DNA of 63,115 nt, the filler included, from Welwitschia mirabilis (taxonomy: Eukaryota): NCBI GenBank assembly GCA_051453625.1. It is 7 parts of one record of this genome, joined end to end, with 100 filler letters (N's around TTAATTAATTAA, not from the genome) between each part and the next. Parts side by side here need not be neighbours in the genome. Positions count along the whole stretch, not along the records: positions 1 to 19,991 come from JBOZIK010000001.1; 6 more parts are not named here. One strand, 5' to 3'. The notes beneath the pieces are model-generated. The model saw only the letters and a list, made by a program, of their open reading frames with translations, ran no database searches and was not told the origin of the DNA. Shown here piece after piece: positions 1-11,689 of this stretch (the first letter of the stretch is position 1; the number at the start of each line of letters is the position of its first letter). Both the position numbers and the translations under genes were made by a program.

Positions 1-110
1 ATGTACAAAAAATAAATACCAAAGTAAATGTTGCTGATGCACTCACAAAGGCAGTGGCAATGGACAAGAATAACTTTTGCAAACAAAATCTTGGGGTTGT
101 AGTGACGAGA
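1..110 (+). mobile_element. C-terminal end of Ty1/copia RNase H (Tnt1/Tork-like), truncated by the window start
   Basis: Reads VQKINTKVNVADALTKAVAMDKNNFCKQNLGV, matching the copia RNase H end motif (N.AD.LTK). A PPT and LTR follow. Confidence 0.8.
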
Positions 111-185
111 TCAAAGGGCATTTGAAGTAATGCATCTCTCTTGTTTGCTTGGAGGCTTACCAGATTTGTCATTAAGGGGAAGAAT

Positions 186-471
186 TGTTGAAAGTGAAGC
201 CAAATCTCTTGATGTTATTTATTCCTTTATAGTTTGACTTTAAATATTTTTATATAGTCCCCTTTCTGTTGTAATTTAATATTAAAATGTGTGTGGTTGT
301 CGAGAGTTATCAGACTGGCTATTGAGGATGGCTTCTGTCCTTTCCCTTTTCTTCATTCTAATAGAAAGCTCTACATTGCTTTCGTGGTTTTTCCCCACAT
401 CGGGGTTTTCCACATAAATCTAGTGTATTGATGTTTGCATTTTGCTTTTGCTCTGCTGCATTTTTCTAACA
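186..471 (+). repeat. 3' LTR of the copia element (family A), preceded by a polypurine tract at 174-184
   Basis: AAGGGGAAGAAT then TGTTG...CTAACA (TG...CA ends). Homologous to the LTR starts at 2736 and 14721 (TGTT(G/A)(G/A)AAGTGAAGCCAA). Confidence 0.8.
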
Positions 472-1066
472 GAATGAAGCAAATGAATAAAAGTATTAGA
501 AGGCAAGGTTGGTGGTGAAAGGTTTTGGTCAAAAGCCAGGTATTAACTTTACAAAGATTTATTTCCTCCTGTGGTTAAGCATCCTTCCATTCATATGGTT
601 CTTTCTTTGGTTGCCTATTTGAATTGAGAACTAGACTAGCTAGATATAAAAACTTTCTTCTTACATCGTGATTTGGAGGGAGGAATTTATATGCACTAGC
701 CAAAAGGGTATGTAAATAAACAATGCCCTAATCTTGTTTGTCATTTAAAGAGAGGCCCTTATGGTTGGAAACATTTCCCAAGACATTGGTATAACAGATT
801 GTATATATTCATGAAGAAGTTGTCATCCCAAAAAGTCACTTTGATCATTATGTTTGCTTCTCTGGAAGTACCTCAAGTAAATTAGTTATCCTGTTGTTGT
901 ACGTTAATGACATGTTGATTACAAGAAATGATGAAGCTGAAATAAAATGTTTGAAAGTGGAAATGGGTAAGCATTTTGCAATGAAAGATTTATGGCTTGC
1001 AAAGAAAATTTTGGGAATGAGCATTCACAGGGACAAGAAGCACAAATAGTGATTTAATGAAAGATT

Positions 1067-1839
1067 TGTTAGGATCACCGAATACCCTAGAGGGGGGGTG
1101 AATAGGGTTCTAAAAATATTTTAAACAAAATGATTTAAACTACACAAAATAAAATATGAACAACAAATGCACTATACCAATTTATAGTGGTTCGGNNNNN
1201 NNNNNNNNNNNNNNNNNNNNNNNNNNNNNNNNNNNNNNNNNNNNNNNNNNNNNNNNNNNNNNNNNNNNNNNNNNNNNNNNNNNNNNNNNNNNNNNTTCAA
1301 TCTCTGAAGGGCATATTTATAGACTTTCTATAGAGGAAACTCTTTAGGGGTCCCTTTCATAGGTTGCAAGGTCAGCCAGACCTTTTCTTAGCCGTTTGCG
1401 CTTTGAAATAAGTGCCCAACGTTCGTTTTTGCTTAATTTCGTGTGCCAACGGATAGTCTTTCAGATGTCCCAGGTTAAAACATCGAACGTCCCATTACAC
1501 ATGAACCGATTACAGGGTTGGACGTCCCCAGACTGGAGGTCGGACGTCCCAGTAGATTTGAACTGGGTACAGGGTTGGACGTCCCAAGACTGGAAGCCAG
1601 ACGTCCTAGTATATTCTACCGGGTACAGGGTCAGGCGTCCCAAGACTGGAAGTCGGACGTCCCAGTATATTTCACCGGGTACAAGGTCGGACGTCCCAAG
1701 ACTGAATATCGGACGTCCCAGTATATTTCACCAGTTTTCTAAGTCTTCTAGACAAATTTCGCTTTTCAGAATTGAGCTATGACTTTTATCTGAGAATAAT
1801 TTTGCTGACTTCATCATTGAAATATATTTGTTCTCAACA
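1067..1839 (-). mobile_element. Sirevirus-type solo LTR with 5-bp TSD AGATT
   Basis: TGTTAG...TCAACA termini, with AGATT at both 1062-1066 and 1840-1844. CCCTAGAGGGGGGGTGAATAGG is the reverse complement of the conserved Sirevirus LTR 3' end. Minus-strand CTATAAATA box near 1314-1322. Contains a 100-N gap. Confidence 0.85.
1511..1733. repeat. Four tandem 56-57 bp units, each with two GGACGTCC palindromic motifs (some degenerate), inside the solo LTR
   Basis: Unit starts TAC(A)AGG at 1511, 1568, 1624 and 1680. Confidence 0.9.
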
Positions 1840-2735
1840 AGATTTAGGGCTTGCAAAGAAAATTTTGGGAATGAGCATTCACAGAGACAAGAAGCACAAC
1901 TGGTGGTTGATACATAGTGACTATATTCACAAGGTGCGTAAATGATTTGGCATAAAGAAAGCCTGTGAGTCCTCCTTTAGCTTCTCATTTTCAGTTGTCT
2001 AGAAAGATTGTCCCAGCTCAAAGGAAGATGTTGCTAAGTGAAAAACATTACATATACTTCAACATTAGGCTCACTCATGTATGATATGGTATGTACTCAT
2101 CCTCATATTGCTTAAGTAGTTAGAGTTAGTTAGAGTAATTAGTAGATACATGAATAGTTATAGTTGGAATCATTGACTTGCAGTAAAATAGATTTTTAGA
2201 TATTTGAAGGGTACTCAAATAAATTGCTTGCATTTCGGCCATGGTGATTTAAGCATTCAAGGTTTTATAAATGCTAATTTTGTAGTAGATTTAGATACCA
2301 GATGTTCCATAAGTTGGTTAATGTTTTACATTTGGTGGAGTGGTGGACATGCAATTAGCTGGTTGTCTCATCTTCAACCATTGGTGACCTTGTCTACCAC
2401 ATAGGTAGAATATGGAGCACTTACAAAGGCATGTAAAAAAATGATTTAGATGAGAAGATCTGTACAATCTTTTGGGCTGAAGCAAAAAAGATACTTTGTG
2501 TTTTGTGATAGTTAGATTGCTATTCACCTAGCAAAGAAACCTACATTCCATGCAAGAACAAAACATATTGACATCAGGTTTCATTTTGTGAGAGAAGTCA
2601 TTGGTAACAATGGAAAAGCACCACTTCTACAAAGGGAAGTTGGGAATTGTTGCGACTTGAGCAATGGGCATTTGAAGCAATGCATCTCTGAAGTTTCCTT
2701 AGAGGCTACCCAAATTTGTCTTCAAGGGGAAGAAT

Positions 2736-3338
2736 TGTTAGAAGTGAAGCCAACTCTCTTGTTATGTCTTTTATTTACTCCCTTCATATTGTTGACATTA
2801 TATTTAAATGTTATTATCCCCCCTTGTTGTTAAATTATTATTAGAAAGGTCAATGATTACTTACCAGAGTGGTAAGTTCATAGACACATGGACCTAGAGG
2901 TCCAAAGTTCAAACCCCGACAATGGCAGGGAACATAAAAAATGGAATAGATTTCATAAGCCCAAGTGTCACTGGGCATTCAAAAAAAATAATTATAATTA
3001 GAAAGAAAAGCAAAAAAAGAGGAGGGGGGTTAACATTGGAATCTTCTAAAAAGTTCTAGTTCCATGTAAAATTAGTGTTGCTACCCTAAAGGAAATCTGT
3101 AAAAGGGGAATGGGTTAGGATATACGCATCGAACAGCAGAGAAGAGAGATTGGCTCTTGAAGACGACCTGTGTCCTTAACTTTTCAATCAAATCAGAAAG
3201 CTCAACATTACTTCCATGGCTTTTCTAGAGTGGGATTTTCCACATTGGGATTTAACGTGGAAAATCCCACATTGGGATTGGGATTTTCCAAGTCAAATCT
3301 AGTGTCTTGCTATTTTTGCTCTGTTGTGTTTTGTATCA
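2736..3338 (+). repeat. 3' LTR of the older family A copia element; contains a SINE insertion
   Basis: PPT AAGGGGAAGAAT then TGTTAGAAGTGAAGCCAA. The 3' end (AAATCTAGTGT...TTTTGCTCTG...TATCA) aligns with the end of LTR 186-471. Confidence 0.75.
2849..2989 (+). mobile_element. tRNA-derived SINE (~141 bp) with 16-bp TSD
   Basis: A-box-like TTACCAGAGTGGTAA (2861-2875), B-box GTTCAAACCC (2907-2916) and A8 tail (2981-2988). TSD AATTATTATTAGAAAG (2833-2848) versus AATTATAATTAGAAAG (2990-3005), one mismatch. Confidence 0.8.
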
Positions 3339-3449
3339 CCTAGTGGTTTTCTTTTACTCAAGAAGATTAGTGTGTCAAGAAAACCTTTTGCCACTATATA
3401 AATTCATGAGTCTTGCATATTTTCTCCATGTTATTGTAAACAAACAAGA

Positions 3450-4340
3450 GGCCAAATAGATTAAATTTATTAAGATCTCCAATATGTTTAAAAGGAGACC
3501 CTCAGAATACAAAGAAATGTATTAATTTATGAAGAATGCTTAGGGTTCAACATAAAAAATTTTATATGGAAAGGCAAAAGAGATAGAAGGATATTGGCAA
3601 GCCAAAGCACAAGGGAAGACTAAATTTTTACAATAGTAATTCAAATAGCCAATTCTCTTGATTTGGTATATACAATGAAGAAGAGGTAAGATATCCCATG
3701 GATTCATCCTTGTCATAAAAATAGAGCTCTAAAGTTGAAGAGATAGGGGTTCAAAATATTGAAGGGGACTCTAGCTCAGCAGGAATGAATTGGAACAAAC
3801 TGCTAGTTGGAGGGTGGGAAAAGATGCTCTTCCTATTTGTAGTTCAAACTAGTAGAAGAAAGAAATACCTATCCAGCATGAAGAATGAAGTGAAGATTCA
3901 ATAACTCTATATTCAAATAGGGGATAAGACTTAGGATTACTTCGCAGACAAGCAAGCCAAATTCCACCCAATAAGCACACATGATGTGATCAATAAGGAG
4001 ACCCTTTAACTCTTGGGAGCCCTTTTTCAAAGGAAAGACAAGAAGGAAATTAAGAAGGGGCAGTGGTGGCGAGGTAAAGTAGCAGGCAAAGTGGTGAAAA
4101 GGTAGAACACTAGGTTCAGACAAAATCTTTGCATCATTGATATAACATAATTGCATCATAACAAGGAAAACTTTGAAGGATAGAGATTTTTGCTCCCTTC
4201 AAGATGCTTTATTTGACTCATTTCTAAAAACAATAAGGAAATCACCAGCCATCTTTTGTTTGTATGTCAGTTTGCTAAGAGAATCTAGGGAAATACGGAA
4301 GTTTCAACTTGAAAAGAATTAATAAGTGGGAGAATTATTA
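3450..4340 (-). pseudogene. Highly decayed L1 LINE ORF2 fragment (region C-terminal to RT)
   Basis: Minus-strand peptides FACYFTSPPLPLLNFLLVFPL and LLVCEVILSLIPY weakly resemble the L1 post-RT YLG.PL and LVKSVLSSIP.Y blocks. Boundaries approximate. Confidence 0.35.
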
Positions 4341-4786
4341 CATGNNNNNNNNNNNNNNNNNNNNNNNNNNNNNNNNNNNNNNNNNNNNNNNNNNNNNNNN
4401 NNNNNNNNNNNNNNNNNNNNNNNNNNNNNNNNNNNNNNNNNNNNNNNNNNNNNNNNNNNNNNNNNNNNNNNNNNNNNNNNNNNNNNNNNNNNNNNNNNNN
4501 NNNNNNNNNNNNNNNNNNNNNNNNNNNNNNNNNNNTTAATGGCTGTAGCATTATTAGTCTTTCTATAGGCTTGTTTTTTTCCCTCCTTTTTTCGGTTATT
4601 GAAGATCTAGCTTCCTGTCCACCAAGCATATCCCTTTCTGTTGGCTTGTTTATTGCTTCCCAGATATCAAGATTGCCTACTTTTTATGGCTTCTGTATAA
4701 TAGCTTGCATCTTTTCCAATTGGTTGGTTTGTCTCCTATTAGCTTTGTAAATTCACAAAAATAAAATCATTATCCTTTTTGCAATA

Positions 4787-5002
4787 CTCTCTCTCTCTCT
4801 CTCTCTCTCACTCTCTCTCTCTCTCACACACACACACAACACACACACACACACACACATTATTTGTATAAATGATTTTTTCATAATTGGTGCATTAAAC
4901 AANNNNNNNNNNNNNNNNNNNNNNNNNNNNNNNNNNNNNNNNNNNNNNNNNNNNNNNNNNNNNNNNNNNNNNNNNNNNNNNNNNNNNNNNNNNNNNNNNN
5001 NN

Positions 5003-5079
<77 letters not shown>

Positions 5080-5099
5080 GCACACACACATACATTCAC
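4787..5099. repeat. Compound (CT)n(CA)n microsatellite, present twice across a 100-N gap
   Basis: Seen at 4787-4859 and 5003-5099. Both are followed by the same flank ATTATTTGTATAAATGATTTTTTCATAATTGGTGCATTAAACAA. Confidence 0.95.
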
Positions 5100-5463
5100 A
5101 TTATTTGTATAAATGATTTTTTCATAATTGGTGCATTAAACAAGCAAACATAACCAAAGAGGCACATTAATGACATCATCATAGCAATTTGCAACTAAGA
5201 GTCATAACTTGTCATACATCAATGGTTTCTCTTAAGCATAAAGGCATATTAAACAACAGCAAAATAAAAATTAAAGACATCAAGTATTAATGTGAACTAA
5301 AAAGCACATTATGGAACAACAGAATTCACTATATTAAACCCATAAGTTGGTAATATTTTAATGTAGTACACTGGCCATAATACTCACTTTTCTGCTAAAC
5401 ATCAGTAAGTTAGACCTATAATTAGCAATACTTCTGTGTAGTATAGTGATCCAAAAAACTCAC

Positions 5464-5549
5464 TTGCGTGCTAAAACATCATTCTGACTATAGAGGATTC
5501 GTGTTATTGATGGAGCTGGTGTGTCTGAGAAGGTAGACAATTCATCGAT
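5464..5549 (-). CDS. UAH: Internal exon (86 nt, probably exon 2) of ureidoglycolate hydrolase/amidohydrolase (peptidase M20 family, purine ring catabolism)
   Basis: TTTAG acceptor | IDELSTFSDTPAPSITRILYSQNDVLAR+AA | GTGAG donor, no stops. Closely matches the plant UAH N-terminal block as I recall it (IDELSSFSD.P.PSVTRVLY..KDV.AR). No other UAH exons are visible. Confidence 0.88.
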
Positions 5550-7049
5550 CTAAACATATCAAACGTCTTGTGTTAAAATAACAAAAATAGTAATATTTCT
5601 ACTAAATGCTGCAAATTTAATACAAAATATATTTTTAAGCTTGCTGGTCAGCAAAATGCACTTAATTCGAAGATAGCAAATCATCATTATCTCAAACAAT
5701 TAAGAATACAATAAACTTAATTCGAAGATAACAAATCATCTTGAACAATTAAGAATACAATATAAGATTTGCATAGGAAATTCAACAATGAGAAATCATA
5801 GGCAAATATATTTCTTCCTCATAAAAAGATACAAACCATGTTCAGGAAACTGTTTTCATGATTTTACTTCACATAATGTTAAAATAAATGTTCATTATTG
5901 GATCCAAACAAATTAAAAAGACCAAATTTTCCTGGATTATTAATTTGGTTTGCTCGACCCTTGTGAGATATTGAGACAAAGTCAAAACGCTATTTAAACA
6001 GTGTCAAGTTGGATGTGGTGGTTTTGCATTAATTAATTAGTCATTTAAAGTATGCATTTAAATAAGAATATACTCTGCACAACACTAGAAGGTGCAATTT
6101 TGGGAATTGACCTTGTAAAATGATGCACCTTGGGGCACTGTAAGGCACTGAGTTTGATAGATACCTTTAACTACTTTTTGGTAATCTGTTTCATTGCTTT
6201 GATTATAGAGATTAATTCAGCCACTAGATCATCAAATATATTAAAAATACTAAAAACATTCAAAAAGTATAACATTGGAAAGATGCTATTAATGATGACA
6301 TATTTGTTGACAAGAAAGCATTAATACTTCAGAATTATACTCGCATCACTGAAGAGCAAAACAACTTGATCAAAGTACTTAATATAATTAACATAAGGCA
6401 TTGCAGTCATCATTGGTTTCATCAAGGATTTTGCTATAATTGTCAAGGAAGTGTTAATTTTAGGTGGCTTCTCTAGTGATAACGAAGCCCACATTGAGGC
6501 ACAAAAGCCAATTGTCAGAGTTTGGGACTTTTGCTTTTGCGATCCAGAGTGAAAGGCTGACATCCAGCATTTTACATAACCACCTTGACATCAATAAGCG
6601 CTAGAGGAGTCAAGACACAATTTTCTGGGTGCATCCTCTCTACAATTTTTTTGAAGGTTTTGAAAAGAGGTATTGAAGTGTACCTCCATTTATAATTCTT
6701 CCAAGGACATACCTTTGTCCGTAACTCAAAATTAGTGGGCATTGCAAAGAAAATAAAACTAGAAGATCTGTTAGACTTGGGAAGTAAGCTCAAGAAAGCA
6801 GCTTTGGATTCCCATATGCTAAGATGGGTTCAGGTCGTTAGGACTTCGGCTGATCCAGCACCAGATACTCAATCTTCATAGACAGCTAATCTCAGGACTG
6901 CATCTATTAGATTAGAGGCAGACAAAGAAAAGCATGGTGAATTCCACATTGCACAGCATATAGGAAGTACAACTCATAACAGGCAAAGAACTGAAATGGC
7001 ACATCATCGGAATGGGATGAATGTATGAGCTTAACTCATCAATAACTAT

Positions 7050-8900
7050 CCCAATCACAAATGAGGGGCAGAATAGAGTAAAGGAGATGAAGACTTCCAA
7101 CCTACTTATTTTCAAGGGATGGCAGGATAAAGAACTACATCTTCATTTAAAGGTCTAACAAAAGCCTTCTGTTTTCAAGGAAGCAACTAATGACTAGTAG
7201 TGCCTAGGGTACTTCAGTACATTGCAGGATTCAATGACAAGTTGGTTCACCACCCTTTCTCTATGCTTCATCACTACATAAAAGGAAATGATGCAAGGAT
7301 TGTTACAATACTACAAGTCTATTGGGCAACTACTTATGAGACAACAAGAGATCCAAAATTTCAAGTAGAAGCCTAAGGAACTCTAGCATGAAGCTATCGC
7401 AACAATTGCTCACTTATTGTCAATTGCATGGTTATAGACACAAAAAACATGCAGGATTCCTTCTTAATGGAATGAACTCTAAAACGACGAAATACCTAGA
7501 TATGATTATGCAAAACCAAACTCATAAGAAGAGAGCTCATAAGTCTTGGGAGTTTACGGAAGGACTTGCTAAATCCATTAGAATGTGGCAAGTGCATAAG
7601 AACAAGGATGAATATAATATGGATTGATCAATAAGAAAAATGAAGGAGATAAAACAAACTGACTTATCTGACAAATTGCTCACTTCATGTCTGAAACTAA
7701 GCACATAATTGTTGAGCTAAGGACTAAGCTTGATAGATTATCTATGGATGTGGAAGTGAAGCTTTCATCTAAACTAGCAAAAATCTAGAAAGCTTCGATA
7801 GCAACTAGCCAATCATTAGCAAGGATGTCAAGCCATGACAAAGGCCATGAAGCTTCTACAAGCTCAAGGGCATTCAATAGTGAAGAGATGAATGTGTGTA
7901 CCGGTTTTTTGAAAACCCTTTAGATAATGCCCAATTGTCGCTAATTAATATGGTGGTATTACCAATCTAGGGGGTTGAGGGTGTCTTATCATCGAGCTTT
8001 ACATTATCTGTCTGGTCATTAGAATATGTCAAAAATGTCTATTGGCAACAGTAGAATTAACCTCCACTGTAGTATCCTCCACAGACATATCCCCTCAGTG
8101 CCAAGCACTGTATGGAGATCCATATGACTATTAGGCAACATACGCATAGCAATATTTAGGATTTCAGTCACCACCTCCTTATCCACAATGCAATCCCTAT
8201 TGTCCACAGATGTACCAAGTCACCACTTGCTATTCAACTTGTGGATAATCAAATGCAAGTCTATTCGTAGCTACCTCAGTGTTTGAATAATCCAACTTCA
8301 CCAACTACTCAAGCCAACTCTTAATAGGGACAATCAAAGCCACAACCCAAAATCCTTGCTCAACCTCATCAACGCATTAGAAGCCATTCTATGTGACCAA
8401 TGAAGGCAGCTAGTCAAGTAATTTCTTGCTCTCACTTCCATTGTTGCTTACATGCTAATGATTATTGCATGCAGCTTGAGTGCCAAGGTCAACTAACCTG
8501 AAGTGAACCTTCTTTCAGACAAATGGAAAGAAAAGAGAAAAGTGTAGGAGAAAGTAGTATCTGCTCCTTTTCCTATGACCTTTGATATGTAGGTCCAAAC
8601 TCCCTTACCTTGAGTCTTATTACCCCACCACAAGAAGATGTGCATGATGGCAATGTTAACCAACTTAATTCAAGGCAGCTTGCCATAGACATGAAGAGAT
8701 CCTAGCACACCCATCACTAAAGCGCAAATTGAAAATAACTTTCCACTTAACATACTATGTGATTCTAGAGCCAAGTTGAATTTGATGTCTTATAGCTAGT
8801 ATATTCAAGTAAAGTTGGAATTGCTCATTGAGGCCACTACTCTTTTGATTTTGGCCAATGGGTCTTACTCTTCACCAAGGGGTAAGGTAATGACATCATC
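7050..8900 (+). pseudogene. Degenerate Athila-like Ty3/gypsy gag and aspartic protease
   Basis: Gag-like LLIFKGWQDKELHLHLK near 7100-7150. Protease block DPSTPITKAQIENNFPLNILCDSRAKLNLMSYS*Y...TTLLILANGSYSSPRGKV at about 8698-8890 resembles Athila DPG.P.I...ALCDLGASVNLMPYS...LADRS...PRG. Confidence 0.7.
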
Positions 8901-11689
8901 ACTAGCATCATATGATGGAGATATCTAACGGATTTGCAAGTGTTGGATATGCCAAAATCAAAGGGAAACCATCAAGTACCATGGATGGGAAAGACTAGTG
9001 TCTAGGGGTAGTGCTTGGAGATATTCTTCGAGCAATACAATAGGCACACTCTTGACAAGGACATTCTATTTACTAGATTACCTTGTAATCATGGCAATGT
9101 GAGGTGTTGTGAATCATGTGCTATTGAAGCCTCTGGTAAGAGAATTGATTATCAAGGATAAAATGTTATCAGAGCTTTGCCACAACTACTGGTTTGAGAT
9201 CTATTTTTGCATTGGGTTAACAAATGGAATAAAGGCATCATCTATGACCCCTTGGGGCCAAAGTATAGTCATTACCCTATGCAAGAATTCCAACGAGTTT
9301 TACATGATTTTATGTTGCCCTCTATCACAAGCAATCCAATGATGTTGTTCAAGATCTAGAATTCTTACTCTATCTCTTGCCCCATTGACATTTTTGAAAA
9401 AGACCTAAAGCACGAGGCATGCTTTGGTGATGATAGGCATACTCAGCATCATTTAATTAGATCCTATCATCAACTTCCTTATAGCTTTTGAATCATCAAA
9501 ATTGGAGTTTGTAATCCATAGTCATGGCCATTAGAATTTTATACTTTGCATGCTTTATAGAATTGTATTCTTTAGAAAAAATATTAATTAAGGCATATTC
9601 ATATTCGATTCCTCTCCCATAATGTCATGAAGTTTAAACTTGCACTATGTCCTTTGAATGGCAAATAGCCTAGCACGCACCTTCGACCAGCTAGAGTCCA
9701 TGGAGCTTTTCTTGAGAACCTTCCATTGTATAGGGTGCAAAAACTTTGGATGGTTCCTAACCACAACATTTAGTCATACATAAAGGGGATGGACACAACT
9801 ATGCAAGAGACCCAAGCAACAAACCTCTTTTTGGCATGGGAAGTGCAAGATACCATGTAAAAGCTGATGTTCATTAATTCTGCCAAAAAATTAAAATAGA
9901 AGATTGCAATAATATCAAGAGGTATGATTAAATTCCCATCTGCATAGTCACATGTCAAAGGATACCTACTTGCCTCTTTATATGAATATTGCTCTTATTT
10001 GATTATCTAATCATTAAATGCTAAAGTTGTATATTAGTGTAAGCATATAGTAATGAAGATGTTAATATTTTCATGTTATTATTTTATTTTTACAATCTAT
10101 TAGGAATCATGACTCCTCAAAAGGTAAATATTGTTTGAGAATGGCTTGTGAGAGATCCTGATAATTGGTAAAAATATCTTTTTGCAAATTTTGCAACTNN
10201 NNNNNNNNNNNNNNNNNNNNNNNNNNNNNNNNNNNNNNNNNNNNNNNNNNNNNNNNNNNNNNNNNNNNNNNNNNNNNNNNNNNNNNNNNNNNNNNNNNTT
10301 TTGCAAATTTTGCAACTATCATTTTGCCTCCACGGTTGCAACCAGGGCAAAATTTTATCTTGCTAAGTCACGCGGAAATGTTGTCACACATAAGGTGAAT
10401 CCAAATACAAATCCAGCCTAAAAGTTGGCAATAAAGAAATGTTTAGCACAAGTAACCACAATGGACAAATTGAAGTAGGTAACTTTTCAATAAGAGATCA
10501 ATTTGAATGTTTAAATCTACTTTTTGCAACTTTACCCAATGGATAATCATATGAGTGATATTACTTTAGAAATGAAATTGCACATATAGAGGACTATGGC
10601 ACCCATTGAGAGNNNNNNNNNNNNNNNNNNNNNNNNNNNNNNNNNNNNNNNNNNNNNNNNNNNNNNNNNNNNNNNNNNNNNNNNNNNNNNNNNNNNNNNN
10701 NNNNNNNNNNNNNNNNNNNNNNNNNNNNNNNNNNNNNNNNNNNNNNNNNNNNNNNNNNNNNNNNNNNNNNNNNNNNNNNNNNNNNNNNNNNNNNNNNNNN
10801 NNNNNNNNNNNNNNNNNNNNNNNNNNNNNNNNNNNNNNNNNNNNNNNNNNNNNNNNNNNNNNNNNNNNNNNNNNNNNNNNNNNNNNNNNNNNNNNNNNNN
10901 NNNNNNNNNNNNNNNNNNNNNNNNNNNNNNNNNNNNNNNNNNNNNNNNNNNNNNNNNNNNNNNNNNNNNNNNNNNNNNNNNNNNNNNNNNNNNNNNNNNN
11001 NNNNNNNNNNNNNNNNNNNNNNNNNNNNNNNNNNNNNNNNNNNNNNNNNNNNNNNNNNNNNNNNNNNNNNNNNNNNNNNNNNNNNNNNNNNNNNNNNNNN
11101 NNNNNNNNNNNNNNNNNNNNNNNNNNNNNNNNNNNNNNNNNNNNNNNNNNNNNNNNNNNNNNNNNNNNNNNNNNNNNNNNNNNNNNNNNNNNNNNNNNNN
11201 NNNNNNNNNNNNNNNNNNNNNNNNNNNNNNNNNNNNNNNNNNNNNNNNNNNNNNNNNNNNNNNNNNNNNNNNNNNNNNNNNNNNNNNNNNNNNNNNNNNN
11301 NNNNNNNNNNNNNNNNNNNNNNNNNNNNNNNNNNNNNNNNNNNNNNNNNNNNNNNNNNNNNNNNNNNNNNNNNNNNNNNNNNNNNNNNNNNNNNNNNNNN
11401 NNNNNNNNNNNNNNNNNNNNNNNNNNNNNNNNNNNNNNNNNNNNNNNNNNNNNNNNNNNNNNNNNNNNNNNNNATTTGAATCTAGTATTGCACCATTTAA
11501 ATGTACATGTAATAGTAGTGATGTTTCCTTGCAAGGGGAAACAACATCTCCTCCTTTTACTAATGTTGGTGATTGTTCTAGTTCATTTTCCAAAATGTCA
11601 AAGGACAAGATTCCCGAAAATACTACTACCTGTACTACCAATATTACTTACATCAAGCAATATCCCTGGCTTAGCATGCCTTTCAACAA

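Larger units (their letters stand above)
472..2610 (+). pseudogene. Degenerate Ty1/copia reverse transcriptase-RNase H, interrupted by a solo LTR at 1067-1839
   Basis: Motifs KARLVVKGFGQKPG, LDIKTFFLHRDL, LLLYVNDMLI (YVDD-like), MKDLGLAKKILGM, RYLKGT, LSTT*VEY and FHARTKHIDIRFHFVRE. Many stops and frameshifts. Confidence 0.9.

Noticed and set aside
1396-1782. Overlapping repetitive ORFs (128 aa and others) and a CRISPR-like repeat appearance
   Set aside because: They result from the 56-bp LTR tandem repeat. The intervening sequences are themselves repeated rather than unique spacers, the DNA is eukaryotic and no cas genes are present.
2849-2927. Possible functional tRNA gene
   Set aside because: The stems are degenerate, and it is followed by an unrelated body, an A-tail and a TSD, which fits a SINE.
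6321-6880. Short ORFs on both strands near the UAH exon
   Set aside because: No recognisable similarity to UAH exon 1 or any family I know, and no convincing splice structure.
8940-9900. Possible integrase/RT remnants
   Set aside because: Only vague motif echoes; I could not establish frame, strand or family.
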